The notes under the pieces: model-generated
What the model saw: the letters and a program-made list of their open reading frames with translations, nothing else
Databases searched by the model: none
Told to the model about the DNA's origin: nothing
Made by a program: the position numbers and the translations under genes
NCBI GenBank assembly: GCA_964035545.1
Contig: OZ037771.1
Location: 11,474,480 to 11,538,479, forward strand
Direction of reading: 5' to 3'
Length of the DNA: 64,000 nucleotides
Source: Bugula neritina
Lineage: Eukaryota > Animalia > Bryozoa
In this document: piece by piece, positions 45,101-58,787 of the stretch
Layout: every line of letters starts with the position of its first letter
Numbering within the stretch: the stretch's first letter is position 1

Positions 45101-45671
45101 CACTAACTAAGGGTATATTTCTCTCACTCTGCTGTTGTATTCTGGTGAAATTGTGTTATATTTTAGTATGAATATAATTGCTACTATATACAAATATTTG
45201 TCCTGTCTCACTGAAACCTGTTGAGTTATTAACAGCACCACATAAAACAGATCTGAGGTTACTAATAATAGATTAGTATCAGCTATAAAAAAAATTTCTC
45301 AGTGAACAACTATTACTTTTTTTATCCACATACTTGCCAGTTTTATTTTATTTTTCATGAATGCTGCTTATATCCGTATACACACACGCATAAATGCATA
45401 CACACACGCACACACACGCACGCATGCACACACACACACACACGCACACACACACACACACACGCACACACGACTAAAGATGTGCTATATGATGTGAATG
45501 TAGGTGTCGTTTCTGATGATAAGCAGTTCTAACTACCAGAGAATAAAGACAGCGAAGGAGCTGAGTGACTATCGTGATGCGTACGAACAAGACCACACCG
45601 AGATGGACAATATTATCACCAGCAGACGACCTTTCAACAGTTCGTATGCGTCAGAGTCAGTCCTTACCTAA
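42151..45671 (+). CDS. M6 / myelin proteolipid (PLP/DM20) family four-TM protein, 285 aa
   Basis: Exons 42151-42163, 42473-42641, 43178-43337, 44213-44390, 44915-45084, 45504-45671. Motifs CWTKVPYASL, FGALATGATRRNVYSG, C..FCYNLTRIG, FLMISSSNY are typical of invertebrate M6. Confidence 0.92.
42838..43130. mobile_element. PIF/Harbinger-type MITE in M6 intron 2
   Basis: TIRs cccctattcacgcttaccgta / tacggtaagtgtgaatgagggg; TTA TSD. Confidence 0.82.
43385..43966. repeat. 27-bp minisatellite (taagtgcaataatctagctcctcccac) interrupted by a MITE
   Basis: About 7 copies left and 2 copies right of the MITE. Confidence 0.92.
43569..43911. mobile_element. PIF/Harbinger-type MITE (same family as 35023-35366)
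   Basis: TIRs gcctagggccacac.../...gtgtggccctaggc; TAA TSD taken from a minisatellite unit. Confidence 0.92.
45380..45470. repeat. (CA)n microsatellite
   Basis: Imperfect CA run in M6 intron 5. Confidence 0.9.
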
Positions 45672-45677
45672 CATTCT

Positions 45678-45752
45678 ACTTACTCTACATAGCACTAGAT
45701 ATTCTACTCTACATAGCACTAGATATTCTACTCTACATAGCACTAGATATCT
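45678..45752. repeat. 24-bp tandem repeat x3 in the M6 3' UTR
   Basis: tactctacatagcactagatattc repeated. Confidence 0.85.
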
Positions 45753-47952
45753 GTATTATAGTGTTATTCTACTTACTTTATATATAGATAGAGTACTATA
45801 CAACGCTAGATATATGTACTATAGTCTTATACTATAGTACATTACATGCATTAGTTATATTTGGTAGCATGCCATGCTGCTATGTGATATTTTCTGCTTA
45901 GCTGGCAAACATCAGTTCAAATATTCCACTTTCTTCTAGTGGTGGATAATGAATCATATTGTCAGCTTGAACTCACGTGATTTAATCATACTCTTACCAT
46001 TCCATACACTAGTTTATATCTTAGACAAATTCACTTCACAAAAGTTTTACTTGCATGGTGCAGACTATCTTACCACTAGTTGTACACAAACACATGTTAC
46101 TGACGTTTTTACGTCATTTTTGAGGAAAAATAGGTTGTTTTCAAAAATCAAATGAATACTGAAAGCATCTAGTTTTTTATCTTTGGCTTGAATTAACTTA
46201 TTTTGTGGTTAGACATTCCATGTTTCACATTCCAGTAAATAATGTATACAGCATATTGCCTGTTCAACGCTGGCAATAGACACTCTATTTTCAGATGAGT
46301 AGGTGTGAGTAGTCAATCAGGGGAAGTGGGTTTCATTATCTGAGTCTTATAACTTATATATCTCTTTACCTTCTAGTTTTTACCTTTATTGTATCTACTT
46401 AGACAGTTTTATACTATAAAACTATATGTTATTGTTACTAAGTTTACTGTATTTTAGTATTTTGTATAATTATTCTGTTGTTAATAAATCGGTACATTCC
46501 ACTCCAAGAGTAGTGTGGGTTTTCTTCAGCGCCATAAGCAGCTCTCTCTCTCTAACTACTGTTGAAGTTTGTGGTTATTGAAATATTATGAAGGTGGTCA
46601 TTTCCTTTGCCGATATATATTGATATACATCAGTATGTTGGGTTTTGCCACACTGTGTTGAGTAATAGGAAAAGGATTATTACACTGATATGGGGATCCT
46701 ATATCCTCAACTCTTTCCTTTATCTTCTAGCACTATCTCACATCTGACTTTTCTCATTGCTATAATATCTTACTGTGGTCTCGGAAAAACAACATGCCAC
46801 ATCTCTACTAGTTTATGAATAGTTTTGACAAGAGTTCTTTTAATTATTCAGCATTGAATCCATGAATCACATGACCTCATACTTAAGATTTGAAAACGCA
46901 ATACTTGATCCAAATATATTGTTTAAAGTTATTTAGCTTAATTAACTAAATGTTGGCATATTTTAAAGTTATGCCCCCTCTTTAAATATCTTTTAGAACT
47001 TAAGATATGTTACTGAATTTGCTAAATATGAAGATATCAACTTGAAGTTGTAGAACAGCAAAACGATGCTATGAATGCATTATGTAACAAAATCAATACA
47101 TAATATCCTACTTGAACATTTATATCCTTCTAGGCTGTAGCATCATGTATTTCTTCTGTGTACATAATGCAATAGAATCAATAAACCTCGAGTTTCCAAG
47201 ATTTTTATGAAGTGCTTTTGAAACCGATTCATGGAAATGTTATGATTTTTTTCCTTGTTTCACCTATCTGTATACATTATTGAGCAATTAATAGCAAAAG
47301 GAAATTTTTGTTGTTGGTGTATTCCTTATAGCCATTTTGACTGTATGATGGCTACAATTACTTTAATTCACTTGTTTTTCCCTTTTTACTTAACTATTCC
47401 TTCAATAGTAATGCCACCCACCTTACATATAAATCCTACTAATAATTTGTTGTAGTTTTGCTATAAAAAAAACAGTTTAGTTTAAAGAGGCCTAACAAAA
47501 AGCATGTAGTCTCTTAAATTTTCCCAAGCTGACAGCTGCATTGTTTCCAGTTTTTCTGAAAGTAGGAGTACAAGTAAAGTAATGCTTTAGAATAGTAGAC
47601 ACCAAAGTCAATTTTCTCCCACAATGTTGGAAATATTTCGTTAGGTTATTTCAGCAGTCAGATTTGGTTGGATTTCCGTATCAAAATAATAAGATTTCGT
47701 CATTCTCTTTTCTTCACAAGATAAATAATTGTTCTCCATATCAACGATTTTTATTATAACAGCAGTTAGTATCAGTAACAGTGAATTGTTGGAAAATGTA
47801 CGTGTACATTGCTTGTACTTAGTGTTTACATCTAAAAAATTTTTGTACCAACATGTGTTGGTACCCATGATAACGTCTACGTGGTCTGATGCTTCATTTC
47901 TCAATGTTTATGTGACGCAAGTGTGGAAGCTAAGGACACATGTAAGATGGAG

Positions 47953-47990
47953 TATATAATCTCGGTATCGTCTAGTAACGTGTCACTTTA
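47953..47990 (+). promoter_or_regulatory. TATA box plus Initiator of EF-hand gene 1
   Basis: TATATAA at 47953 and TCACTT at 47983; identical spacing in the paralog (60309 / 60339). Confidence 0.7.
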
Positions 47991-48034
47991 ATAATACTAC
48001 TTCAACAGTTTGGATCTTCAGCTCAACTCTGAGA

Positions 48035-51000
48035 ATGAAGTTTCTGGTATTTGCTGCCGTTCTTGTCGCTGCCGTCCTGTAAGTATATATGTTTTATCAA
48101 GTGTAAGTATATATATTTCATCAGGTGTAAGTATGTATGTTTCATCAAATGGTTACGTATTTTGTCAAAGTTTTTTTGCCATTTATAGTTGAACAACTTT
48201 TTACTGAAGAGTTTCCCTTAGAAAACAAAATAATACCTCATTATTTGTTTACTACTGTTTCAATTGATGCTTCTTGTTTTTAATTTCAGCTCAGATGATG
48301 CGGTGCCTCCCACATTTGATCCCCGACGGGCATTTGATATGGCGAATGAGAATAATGATTTGGTTGTCAGCAAGTCTGAGTTCAACAAATATATTACCTC
48401 ATTCGATGATAATAGTAAGCCTTAGTGTAATAATACATTACCTCATTCGATGATAATAATACTACTTGTAATTATAGATTTGATTTTAAATTTGTGGTAT
48501 CAGTATTGTTTACTAAAACTAAGTTTTATAAATATAAACTGAGATCTGTAAAAAAAATGGTTGCCAGGTAATTTGCTGAAAATCTTTTTTACAAATTTCA
48601 TTTGGATTTTTTCGTTGCCAAACTATTTTAGTAAAGAGGACCACTCTATGCACCACAAAGAAGTTTTGTAAATGGGACTCTGTCAGTTTTCAGCTTGTTT
48701 TATTGTTTCAGTTATACTCATACAATTTTTAAATTTAATTTAAAAGCTCAGTTATCGGCAAAACATGTGTAAATATTCAAATTTGGTTTTAATCATGAGT
48801 CAGTTTACTTCATTTAATACACACCAGCAACTCACGACCTAACATTAAAGTTTGCTCAAAATCAATTGAAATTTACTATACATGCTATTTTTATGTGCTG
48901 GTTTTAACTACGCATAACAGAAAAGGCTGGAAGGGAATTCCCCAACATTAAAGCACAGGTCATTGTCATATGCACTTAATATTCTATATGTGCGGACCGT
49001 TACGAAAAAACCGTAAAGGTCCGCAACCAAAACTAGCTGAATAATTAGGGAAAAACATAGGAAATGAAGCAAAATTAAAAAGAACTTTGATTATTTAGGT
49101 GTATATATTGGTGTTTTACTAGTTTTGGCCAAAAGATCATGTTCATTACCAGCTAAATTGTGAAAAATAGCCAAAAACTGAAGATATCCAGTGTGTACTA
49201 AATTAAGTAAAATGACCCTCATGCAATCATCTCGAAAATTATTTTTAAAAAAGTCGAAACTATGCATCAATACAGATTAGCATTTATTTCTGTTTATCTC
49301 GTAATCACAGGTCAAATTCAATATTTTCTTATGTATGTACGTTTGTATAAACAACACATGTTCGTTGCAGAAGACGGGCTGGTAAATGGTCAGGAGTTTG
49401 CTCTCCATTTCACTCAGACTGGTATGTCGGCAGAGGGATCATTTTACGTCTTCTATAAGATGGACTCCGATGATAACAAGCGAGTCGAAAGCTCTGAAAT
49501 AGACAGAATATTTTCTGTTTTTAATAATGGTTGGTATATGAATATATTAATTATTAAATATTTGTAGGTTTCACTAAGCAACTAATGCATACTTTTATAC
49601 TTGTTTTCAATTATCAATACATTTTCTAAGTTTTGTGGAAATTACACTTAATATTTACAATGATGATAGTAGCTAAACATTGATGTCGCCTACATTGTAA
49701 TAACCTGTCAGAAAGCGTACACTTATTCTGTATGTAGTGACACCAGGTAACATGTGACTGTTAGATCTCTCTGTACATTGACACTCCATGACAGGTTGTT
49801 ACTCTTCTTTCTGCATCACCATGCTGTCTGTCGCAGCTCTGCTATGGCTTTTGTAGGCTGTTGTCTTGCAGCAGGTTCTCTCTACTCTATTTATAGATAT
49901 GGACGTGACCTATGACCAGTTTGTCCAGACATTTAGTGCCATCTTAAGCGAGTTGGAGATTGCCAGAACTGTGAAGGTCAAGTTGGATGTTTTGTTCAGT
50001 AATTCTGATAATGATAACGATGGTTCCCTGTCACTGGCAGAGTTTCTGGGTTTGCTGAATCAACCAGATAAAGATGGTAAGTCAACAAACATTAAACAGA
50101 CAACACTTTGTTATAGGCTGAGAACACCTGCTGCAGACTAAATCAGCTGTTATGACACATTGTATCAGCTGTTGTGACACATTGTATCAGCTGGTATGAC
50201 ACATTGTATCAGCTGGTATGACACATTGTATCAGCTGGTATGACACATTGCTATGGTTGTTATGGCACATTGTATCAGCTGGTATGACACATTGTATCAG
50301 CTGGTATGACACATTGTATCAGCTGGTATGACACATTGCTATGGTTGTTATGGCACATTGTATCAGCTGTTATGACACATTGTATCAGCTGTTATGACAC
50401 ATTGTATCAGCTGTTATGACACATTGTATCAGCTGTTATGACACATTGTGTCAGCTGTTATGGCACATTGTATCAGCTATTAAGACACATTGTATCAGCT
50501 GTATGACACATTGCTATGAGTTGTATCACACCCAAGACACTGCTCTGCTTTGGTTTAGGCAATGACGATGTTTCCTACGAGGAATTCAAAGAGTTCTGGA
50601 TGAGAGAGACGGGAGAACCAGAGGACAGGACCCGAGCTCTCTTTGACCTGTTTGACAGAGACAACAGCGGCTCTCTGGGTGGTCCTGATGAGAAGGCAGC
50701 CCTACTTGGACTGTTTGATTGGGATGGTAATTTTACTGCTTCATTCAGTATTAGGGAAGACAACTTACTTTGTGTTGTGTTTCAATAGATGAGGTGACCA
50801 CCAAACAATGAACGAATGAATGACATAAAGTGCTGAATTTATATAATAGTCTAAGAGTTAATTTTTTGCTGTAGTCAGGGTAGCCGTACCATACAAAATA
50901 CAGAAGAGCATAAGATAGCTCCTTGCTTGCATATTAACATAATATAACAAAAGCTTGGAATGTCCCAACAATTCGCATACACTTTATATTTCACTATTTT

Positions 51001-54000
51001 AATTACCTGAAGTTTATTAAATACAAACTAACTGAATGCTCTCAGTATTATAATCAGCTGAATGTGTGTCAGTGATATGCTGACTCTGCTGCACCAGAAG
51101 TATGTTATGCTGCCAGGAAACAGTTAAATGATGCCAGTTTCCTAATTACTGTGTGTACTAATTTGCCATTTGTTATTATATAATACATGTTGTTTTCCTT
51201 TGGAGCGATCGGGTCACATTTGTTTTGTTTGTGTTTCAGTTGACAATGTAATATCCAAGTCTGAATTTGATTTGACGATGCTGTGGGTAAGTAGGTTGCT
51301 ATTTCTACTCCTTTCATAGTTTGCTCTAACACTAGTATATAGTAGATACACATGTTTACTCTAACACTAGTATATACACTTGTACTTTCAAATGTTAGTA
51401 TACATATTGTTTGTTTCCATAGTTCTTTAATACTGTTTAATCTTAAAGTGGTCAAAGCAATAGTAAAAGCTACTATCTGAAATTTCATTTTTTAATTACT
51501 GTTCTTGAGGAAATTTTCTATAGAAATGACTGAACTGGAATTGATAACATTGGACAGCAACTGATGTAGTGATTTTGCCCACTTTTGGTATTTTTAGTTC
51601 CTTCACAAAGTGATCCAGGTTTTAACCATTGCCCCTGGCGCAGCAGCTGTGAATTACCAGAAGTACTTTGATAGCATGGATAAGAATGCTGACGGTTTTG
51701 TTGATCTCGCTGAATACAAGGCAGCCTACCTGAGTGGAGACTCTAACAGTAAGAACTTAGTCTAATTAGCGATAACCACCTCAGACACTAACAGCTTATA
51801 TTGATTCCAGGCAATCTTTGTGTGACGAAATTTACTTTAGTTTACTATTTCTGTAAATGAATTAAACTTTTCTACTAGAACTGACCTAAACTTAAACTAT
51901 TCTCTGAAATTTCAACCTTGTAAACTTTCAGACTAAAACATATTGACCTTTCACCTCTGCTACTTTATTCTGCTACTACACATGCGTGTACGGCTGGGTT
52001 TGCATTATAACTTCCTAAGAAGTTGCAAGCATACATCTGTCTTTGGTCTCATAGTGGACGGAGCTATTAGTATGACGGAATTCATCAAGAGATATGGCGC
52101 TCCTCTGGGACTCTCTCAGAAGCAAGTCATGGCCCTGTTTTTCTATGCTGATAGGAATGATGACAAAATCATAGATGATGCAGAGATCAATAGAAGTTTT
52201 GATGAGTTTGACAGAGACCGTGAGTGATCATATTGATAACTAACACAGTCTCTGTGTGCTCTACATATTTGAGAAACCGTATTAAATAGTAGAAGGTGAT
52301 AGATTTATCCACCCTTGAAACTTTTCAACTCTACTGAAAGTCAAATATGATGAGATAGATTTGATGTTAGCAACAGCTCAATAAATCCCCTAGTATTACT
52401 GGTTATTGCTTATTATCACTTGTATTCATTGGCTTATAACTGCTCATTGGAGGTTTTTACTTCACTGAAAAGACAACTTCTCATGCTTACTAAAGCGCAA
52501 GTTTTTCAAAGTAATAAATGGTTGATTTTCATATTAGCAATTTTAAAATTAGCTTGATATATAAATGGTGAAGGAGGTGTGGGTCTTGTCTAGTTACCAT
52601 CTACAATTCCTTCTAAATTCTAGTAACTGAATATTTATGTGTAATAACTGTTGTATACTGAGCTATCAAGTTGAAATTTCTAATGTTAGTAGTAACCTTA
52701 TTTACAAGACTTTATATTAGCCTGTCTGCTTATGGGTCATATGAGGATAAAATATCATATAATGAATAATTTATTGCAGTTTTACAGTTCGTTACAGTGG
52801 ATGATATGATGTAATCACTTTGTGTTACAGTGGATATGATGTAATCACTTTGTGTTACAGTGGATATGATGCAACAATTTTGTGTTACAGTGGCTGATAT
52901 GATGTAATCACTTTGTGTTACAGTGGATATGATGTAATCACTTTGTGTTACAGTGGATATGATGCAACAATTTTGTGTTACAGTGGATGATATGATGTAA
53001 TCACTTTGTGTTACAGTGGATATGATGTAATCACGTTGTGTTACAGTGGATGGAATGATGACAGTTGGTGAATACGAGACGACTGAAAGGGGTTATGGAG
53101 TTATTCTCGGTGAACTTAGCGTCATCATCGAAAAACTTTCCAAGAAAATCGATGAAGTAGACACAGACAAGGATGGTAAACTCACGTTTGCCGAGGCCTA
53201 CAGTGTCGTGGATCAGGCTGGTAACTATTAGAATTCAGTTTACATCTGCTAGATTCTAAGTAACAGAATGTGTTTGGGTGTGGTTATCTAACTATGTGCC
53301 TTATATGATGTACAGTGTGCAATGTGGAATTGTCTTTTCAAGTGTTATCATTGTAAATATGCAACTTGTGGCCACTTTTTCTATGATCAATCTAATTCTG
53401 GCAATTACTCTGTGAAGCTTCTAAGTTAGTTTGCAATCTATAATTAACAATAATGCATTTTGCTCAGATTAATAATTCAGCATTAATAATTCTGCAACTT
53501 TATGCTAAACTTTGTGGCAGATGATGGCATAGATCTCTTTTAGCTGTATTAGTGTATGAATATATATTGTGTTATCAGGCGATGGTATAGACCTCGCGGA
53601 ATTTCAAGCATTCTATCAGGAAAATCTTGGAGCCACTGCCACTGAAAGTGCTAATTTCTTCTATTATTACGACACTGACAAGAATGGGAAGATAGAAGGA
53701 GATGACGAGGTTAACAACATCTTCTCTTCATTTGATATCAACAGTAAGTTTTCTATTAAATTTTCAATGTTGAATTTGGTAACCGTGTTTAGAAATAGCA
53801 AACAGTTCCATACTGCATACATGTATATCTACACAGTTCTACACATTTTACATGTATACCTACAAATCTTGACTGAAGTTTGTGTTTAGGGGGTATATTT
53901 TATACATGTGCATATATATTAGTGTAGGCTGTAACATGCATTTATTACTAGGACTATTTCATTAGATATTGTTACTGCACACTCCGGTAACTAAAAAATA

Positions 54001-57000
54001 TACTATTTATAACTTCACTAAACAGCCATCGTGCTTTACCCATCATATGTACAGGTCTGACAGTTTACCAACTGTAGTAATAGCTTAGCATAGTATAGCA
54101 AGATTTTACATCAGGTATTATATTATTGAATTTACACATGATGACAATGTAGAATTTAGACAATTATACTGTGAGCTTGATTTCTGTTGGCAACTTGATG
54201 CAGTGAAACTGTTGTATAGTTTTGATAAAACCATTGAAAGAATTTCTAATACACTCAACGTGATTGGCTATGCGTTCTTATAATTGACCTATTACATGTG
54301 TTGTTTCTTCTACAGCGCGTTTAGTTACCACTTATTAACCAGCACATTATTTCATCCTTTTTTATAAATTGTAGAGGACGGAGTTTTGTCAAAAGATGAG
54401 TACATCAACGCTTTGGTTTATGTAAGTATCCTAGCAACTAGTAAACATTACCTTGCAATGATCTCGTAGTTATTTTAATTCACATGTCACTCAGTGAAGA
54501 GCTCATGTGCAAGTTTGTATGTTACACAGCAAGGTGCATACATTCTGAGGAACAGACCTGTTCCAGTCGCTGCCACCAACTCACTGGGTTTCTCCATAGA
54601 GGCAGCGTTCAAAGCTGCAGACAACAACAGCGATGGCGTCATCACCAAAGATGAGTTTGCTCCTGCAGGTAATAAACTGCTACTTTGTCTACTTGGGTTT
54701 TATTTGCATGTTTTTAAACTTTTGTTATAAAAAATATTGTTCTGTCAAAATGAATCTAAAGCAATGGTGAAGCTGTTTATCGCGGCAGATGCTAAAATTT
54801 TCTGTACTAAAACCTTATTTACATCCTTTTGTATTTCAAAGTGTTTTATTCATGTGATGCAGTTTTGTAAATTTAGAGTAAAATAAAAAGCTTGCGCAGG
54901 CTTATAGTCACTATCCCTGTGAGAAACCTCTGATGGAAAAGTTTTTAAAGCAGGCTAAGGACTTATCAGATGTAGCACAGGAGCAATTATGACTGGATGC
55001 TCTTTTCAACACCACCAATGGCCTCTACTGGGTATTGAACCCGTGATCTCAAGTTTACTAAGCTAGTGCTCTAACCCCTAGACCACGGCTGCTCCCTCAT
55101 ATTTAGAGTAAAATACTGTGTGTTTATTTATATAACAAAAAGCATGCTAAATATGATTATGTGTTTACCAGGAGAAATCAGCATCACTCAGTTTGTCCCC
55201 GCCTACGTGGCCGCCGGACTTAACAGAACACAATCTCTTTACATCTTCTTCCTTATTGATGACAACGAAGATCAAAAGGTTTCTCAAACTGAATTAGAAG
55301 ACACTTTTGACAGTATTGATGGTGATGGTTAGTAGCTCAGTATTATCTGTATGTTGTTTTGACACTGAAAGCAGGTAGTTTGGCACTGGAAGGATGTAGT
55401 TTGACACTGAAAGCAGGTAGTTTGACACTGAAAGCTGATAGTTTGACACTGAAAGCATGTAGTTTGACACTAAAAGCATGTAGTTTGACACTGAAAGCAG
55501 ATAGTTTGATACTGGAAGCAGATAGTTTGACACTGAAAGCATGTAGTTTGACACTGAAAGCAGATAGTTTGATACTAGAAGCAGGTAGTTTGACACTGAA
55601 AGCATGTAGTTTGACACTGAAAGCAGGTAGTTTGACACTAAAAGCAGGTAGTTTGACACTGAAAGCTGATAGTTTGACACTGAAAGCAGGTAGTTTGACA
55701 CTGAAAGCTGATAGTTTGACACTGAAAGCAGGTAGTTTGACACTGAAAGCTGATAGTTTGACACTGAAAGCAGGTAGTTTGACACTGAAAGCTGATAGTT
55801 TGACACTGAAAGCAGGTAGTTTGACACTGAAAGCTGATAGTTTGACACTGAAAGCAGGTAGTTTGACACTGAAAGCTGATAGTTTGACACTGAAAGCAGG
55901 TAGTTTGACACTGAAAGCTGATAGTTTGACACTGAAAGCAGGTAGTTTGACACTGGAAATTTAATATGACATGTGTTACAGATGATGGGAAAATCACTCT
56001 CCCAGAATACACAGTCATGGTTAATCTGACCCTTGCAGAGGTTGAGGAGGCGGTAAGAATATACCCCAGAATGGCTGCCTTGTTCATGAGAGCAGATGCT
56101 GACAGTGATGATAGTCTCACACGAACCGAGATGAGATCTCTCTTGTCTGGTGCTGACCTGGATAGTAAGTAGTATTTACCATGTCCCAGCTACAGCTAGG
56201 ATATATTTACCATGTCCCAGGAGCACAATTCCAAATCAGCCATAATCGTAATGTCTTTCTAACATTTTTGGACGCAATATAATGTTGTAAGATTATAATT
56301 TTAAGACAAATATAATTTTTGTTATATAAAGATGCAATTTTGCTTTTCATAACTAATTTACTCATGTTTGGCGATAATATAATACTCATTCGTATGTGTG
56401 TTCCTCAGATGATGGACTAGCAAGTGAAGCTGAGTTCAAAGAATTCTGGAGAAATAACACAGGGGAGCCTGAAAGCCGCACCGACCTTTTGTTTGGGTAC
56501 ATAGATCTGGATAGTGATGGCTACTTTGGAAATGACCTTGAACCAGCCAACCTCTTTGATGGGTTTGATTATAATGGTGAGAGTTTCATGGTGTTAGATA
56601 CATGTTATAATCAGACTGTCTATTGAATAGTACTAGAAGACTCTAAAGTTAACTTCAATATTGTTTATTTGTTGCTACTATTAGTATAACTGTCCCAGCT
56701 CTACTGTTACTATTAGTATAACTGTCTCAGCTCTACTGCTACTATTAGTATAACTGTCTCAGCTCTACTGTTACTATTAGTATAACTGTCCCAGCCCTAC
56801 TATAGACTGAGCTCTTTTATTTTAGATGATGATTTGGTATCCTCCCAGGAATTTGCTGATAGCATGCTCTTTGTAAGTTATATTATATTTTAGATTTAGT
56901 TTTGATTTGGAGAAATATAACATAAGAGTAATGCCATCCTTGCAAGTTGATATTAAATGTTGTGTAATGTTTGCATGTTGCAATACTAGTCACAAGATAT

Positions 57001-57860
57001 ATTCATGTTCAAGTGTTTTAAATGTGTTTTAAATCTTGAAATCCTTCGTAAGCTTCAAAGTTATTATGTTGTACAGTCCTGAGAGTTTTATTTCAATTTC
57101 TTCAATCTTTTGATACAGATTATATTATATTATATCACATTATATTATAATATATCACATTATATTACATTATATTATATTATATTATATGCAGAAGTAG
57201 TTTTAGCTACTAACTTGTTATATTATTTATTGGTACTTTTATTACTATATACTACACTTACTATATACTATACTTACTATATACTTACTATATACTATCC
57301 TTACTATATACTATACTTACTAAATACTACACTTACTATATACTATCCTTACTATATACTATACTTACTATATACTACACTTACTATATACTATACTTAG
57401 TATATACTACACTTACAATATTATACTTACTATATACTTAGTATAATATACTACACTTACTATATACTATACTTACTATATACTTACTATATACTATCCT
57501 TACTATAATTATACTATACTTACTATATACTACACTTACTATATACTATATTTACTATATACTATACTTACTATATACTATACTTACTAAATACTATACT
57601 TACTATATACTACACTTACTATATACTATACTTACTATATACTACACTTACTATATACTATACTTAGTATATACTACACTTACTATATTATACTTACTAT
57701 ATACTTAGTATAATATACTACACTTACTGTATATTATACTTACTATATACTTACTGTATACTACACTTACTGTATATTATACTTGCAGTTGTTCGCCAGG
57801 GCTACCGGTGATCTCAAGATGGCTGCCGATGCTGGTCAAATCCTCGGGTGGTTTTTCTAA
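48035..57860 (+). CDS. Secreted multi-EF-hand calcium-binding protein, paralog 1 (729 aa, 3 x 8 loop positions)
   Basis: 17 phase-consistent exons: 48035-48078, 48290-48414, 49371-49529, 49897-50076, 50559-50726, 51240-51286, 51598-51748, 52055-52219, 53047-53220, 53579-53743, 54375-54421, 54530-54668, 55172-55327, 55982-56164, 56409-56576, 56826-56872, 57789-57860 (2190 nt). Signal peptide MKFLVFAAVLVAAVLS; loops such as DNDNDGSLSLAE and DTDKDGKLTFAE; AATAAA near 57914. Confidence 0.9.
50143..50520. repeat. 22-bp minisatellite (tatgacacattgtatcagctg[g/t])
   Basis: About 17 tandem copies in intron 4. Confidence 0.95.
52790..53050. repeat. ~30-bp minisatellite made of the exon-9 splice acceptor
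   Basis: Unit gatatgatgtaatcactttgtgttacagtg, about 8-9 copies; the last copy supplies the real acceptor. Confidence 0.93.
54892..55096 (-). mobile_element. tRNA-derived SINE, full-length copy
   Basis: Reverse complement of the 24273/26268 family (ends ...ctagaccacggctgctccc on the + strand). Confidence 0.85.
55358..55960. repeat. 21-bp minisatellite (ttgacactgaaagc[aggt/tgat]agt), about 28 copies, filling intron 13
   Basis: Tandem array with an alternating 42-bp dimer in its 3' half. Confidence 0.97.
56675..56800. repeat. ~32-bp tandem repeat x4
   Basis: tactattagtataactgtc[c/t]cagctctactg[t/c] repeated. Confidence 0.9.
57120..57785. repeat. AT-rich 16-bp minisatellite (tatactatacttacta) reaching the last acceptor
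   Basis: Degenerate tandem array in intron 16. Confidence 0.9.
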
Positions 57861-58597
57861 AACTGTCCTCGGAAATGTGATTTAACTATATATGTCTACT
57901 TAAATATCCTGTAAATAAACACTAAAACCCAAACCTAATATTCTTTATAAATTTTATATACACTAATAACAAAAAAGTTATATGTGAATAATTTCTGATA
58001 CAGAATAATGAATATAAAGTTAGTTTGTTATGAGGAACTGGTATTCATGTTTATTAGCTACTGTGAGGATGCTACTACCCAATCAGTCAAGCTCCTATGA
58101 ATATAACGTCACAAGTTGAGCAGCTTAGCCTGAAAACTGCAATACTGTTGCAAAATTTCAAAGTAAACAAAATTGGCTTGTTACATCCAAATGTTTTTTT
58201 AAACACAAAATGTTTTAAGATTTTAGCTAATTACATTATTAGCTAGTTATCTTCAGTACTGCAAAAGTAATGAGACATTATGTAACATTTGCAATGCGTA
58301 TATGCGTTTAGGATTAGTGTATGCAAATAGTATATTATGGTAAAAGATTCCCTTGTGGAATTTATTGTATAGCAGTTGCCATGTTAGCTGCTTAATACCT
58401 GCAGTATGCACTTTCTATATGTTCAATCTGACAGAATTTAAATATGATAGTCATATATTTCTTAAATACTGCAACAACCAGTTTTAATCTGAAATATTTT
58501 CCAATATCCCCTGTTTTCTCCTGTACTGCCAATAAATAATCCAGTAAAATAACAGAAACATGGTGTATTCTCACAATGTATATAGGTGCAGTATAAA

Positions 58598-58787
58598 GGG
58601 AGTGTCGTGGTGTAGTGTCTAGATCGATGGTCTAGTGAACATGACGTCAGTGGTTTGAGTTCCAGTACCAGCTGGGATGTTAGGCCATAATATCTCTTGT
58701 ATCACATATGAATAAGTCCTTAGCCGGCTTAAAAACTACTTTCCATTAGAGGTTCTTGCAGGGATAGTGACTATAAACTGGCGTGAA
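58598..58787 (+). mobile_element. tRNA-derived SINE, degenerate copy
   Basis: gggagtgtcgtggtgtagtg...ggtttgagttcc...atgaataagtccttagccggc...gggatagtgactataaac. Confidence 0.75.

Noticed and set aside
55294-56120. Long repetitive ORFs on both strands (SVSNYLL, TLKAGSL, FQCQTTC)
   Set aside because: Translations of a 21-bp intronic minisatellite; the flanking EF-hand exons splice in phase around it.
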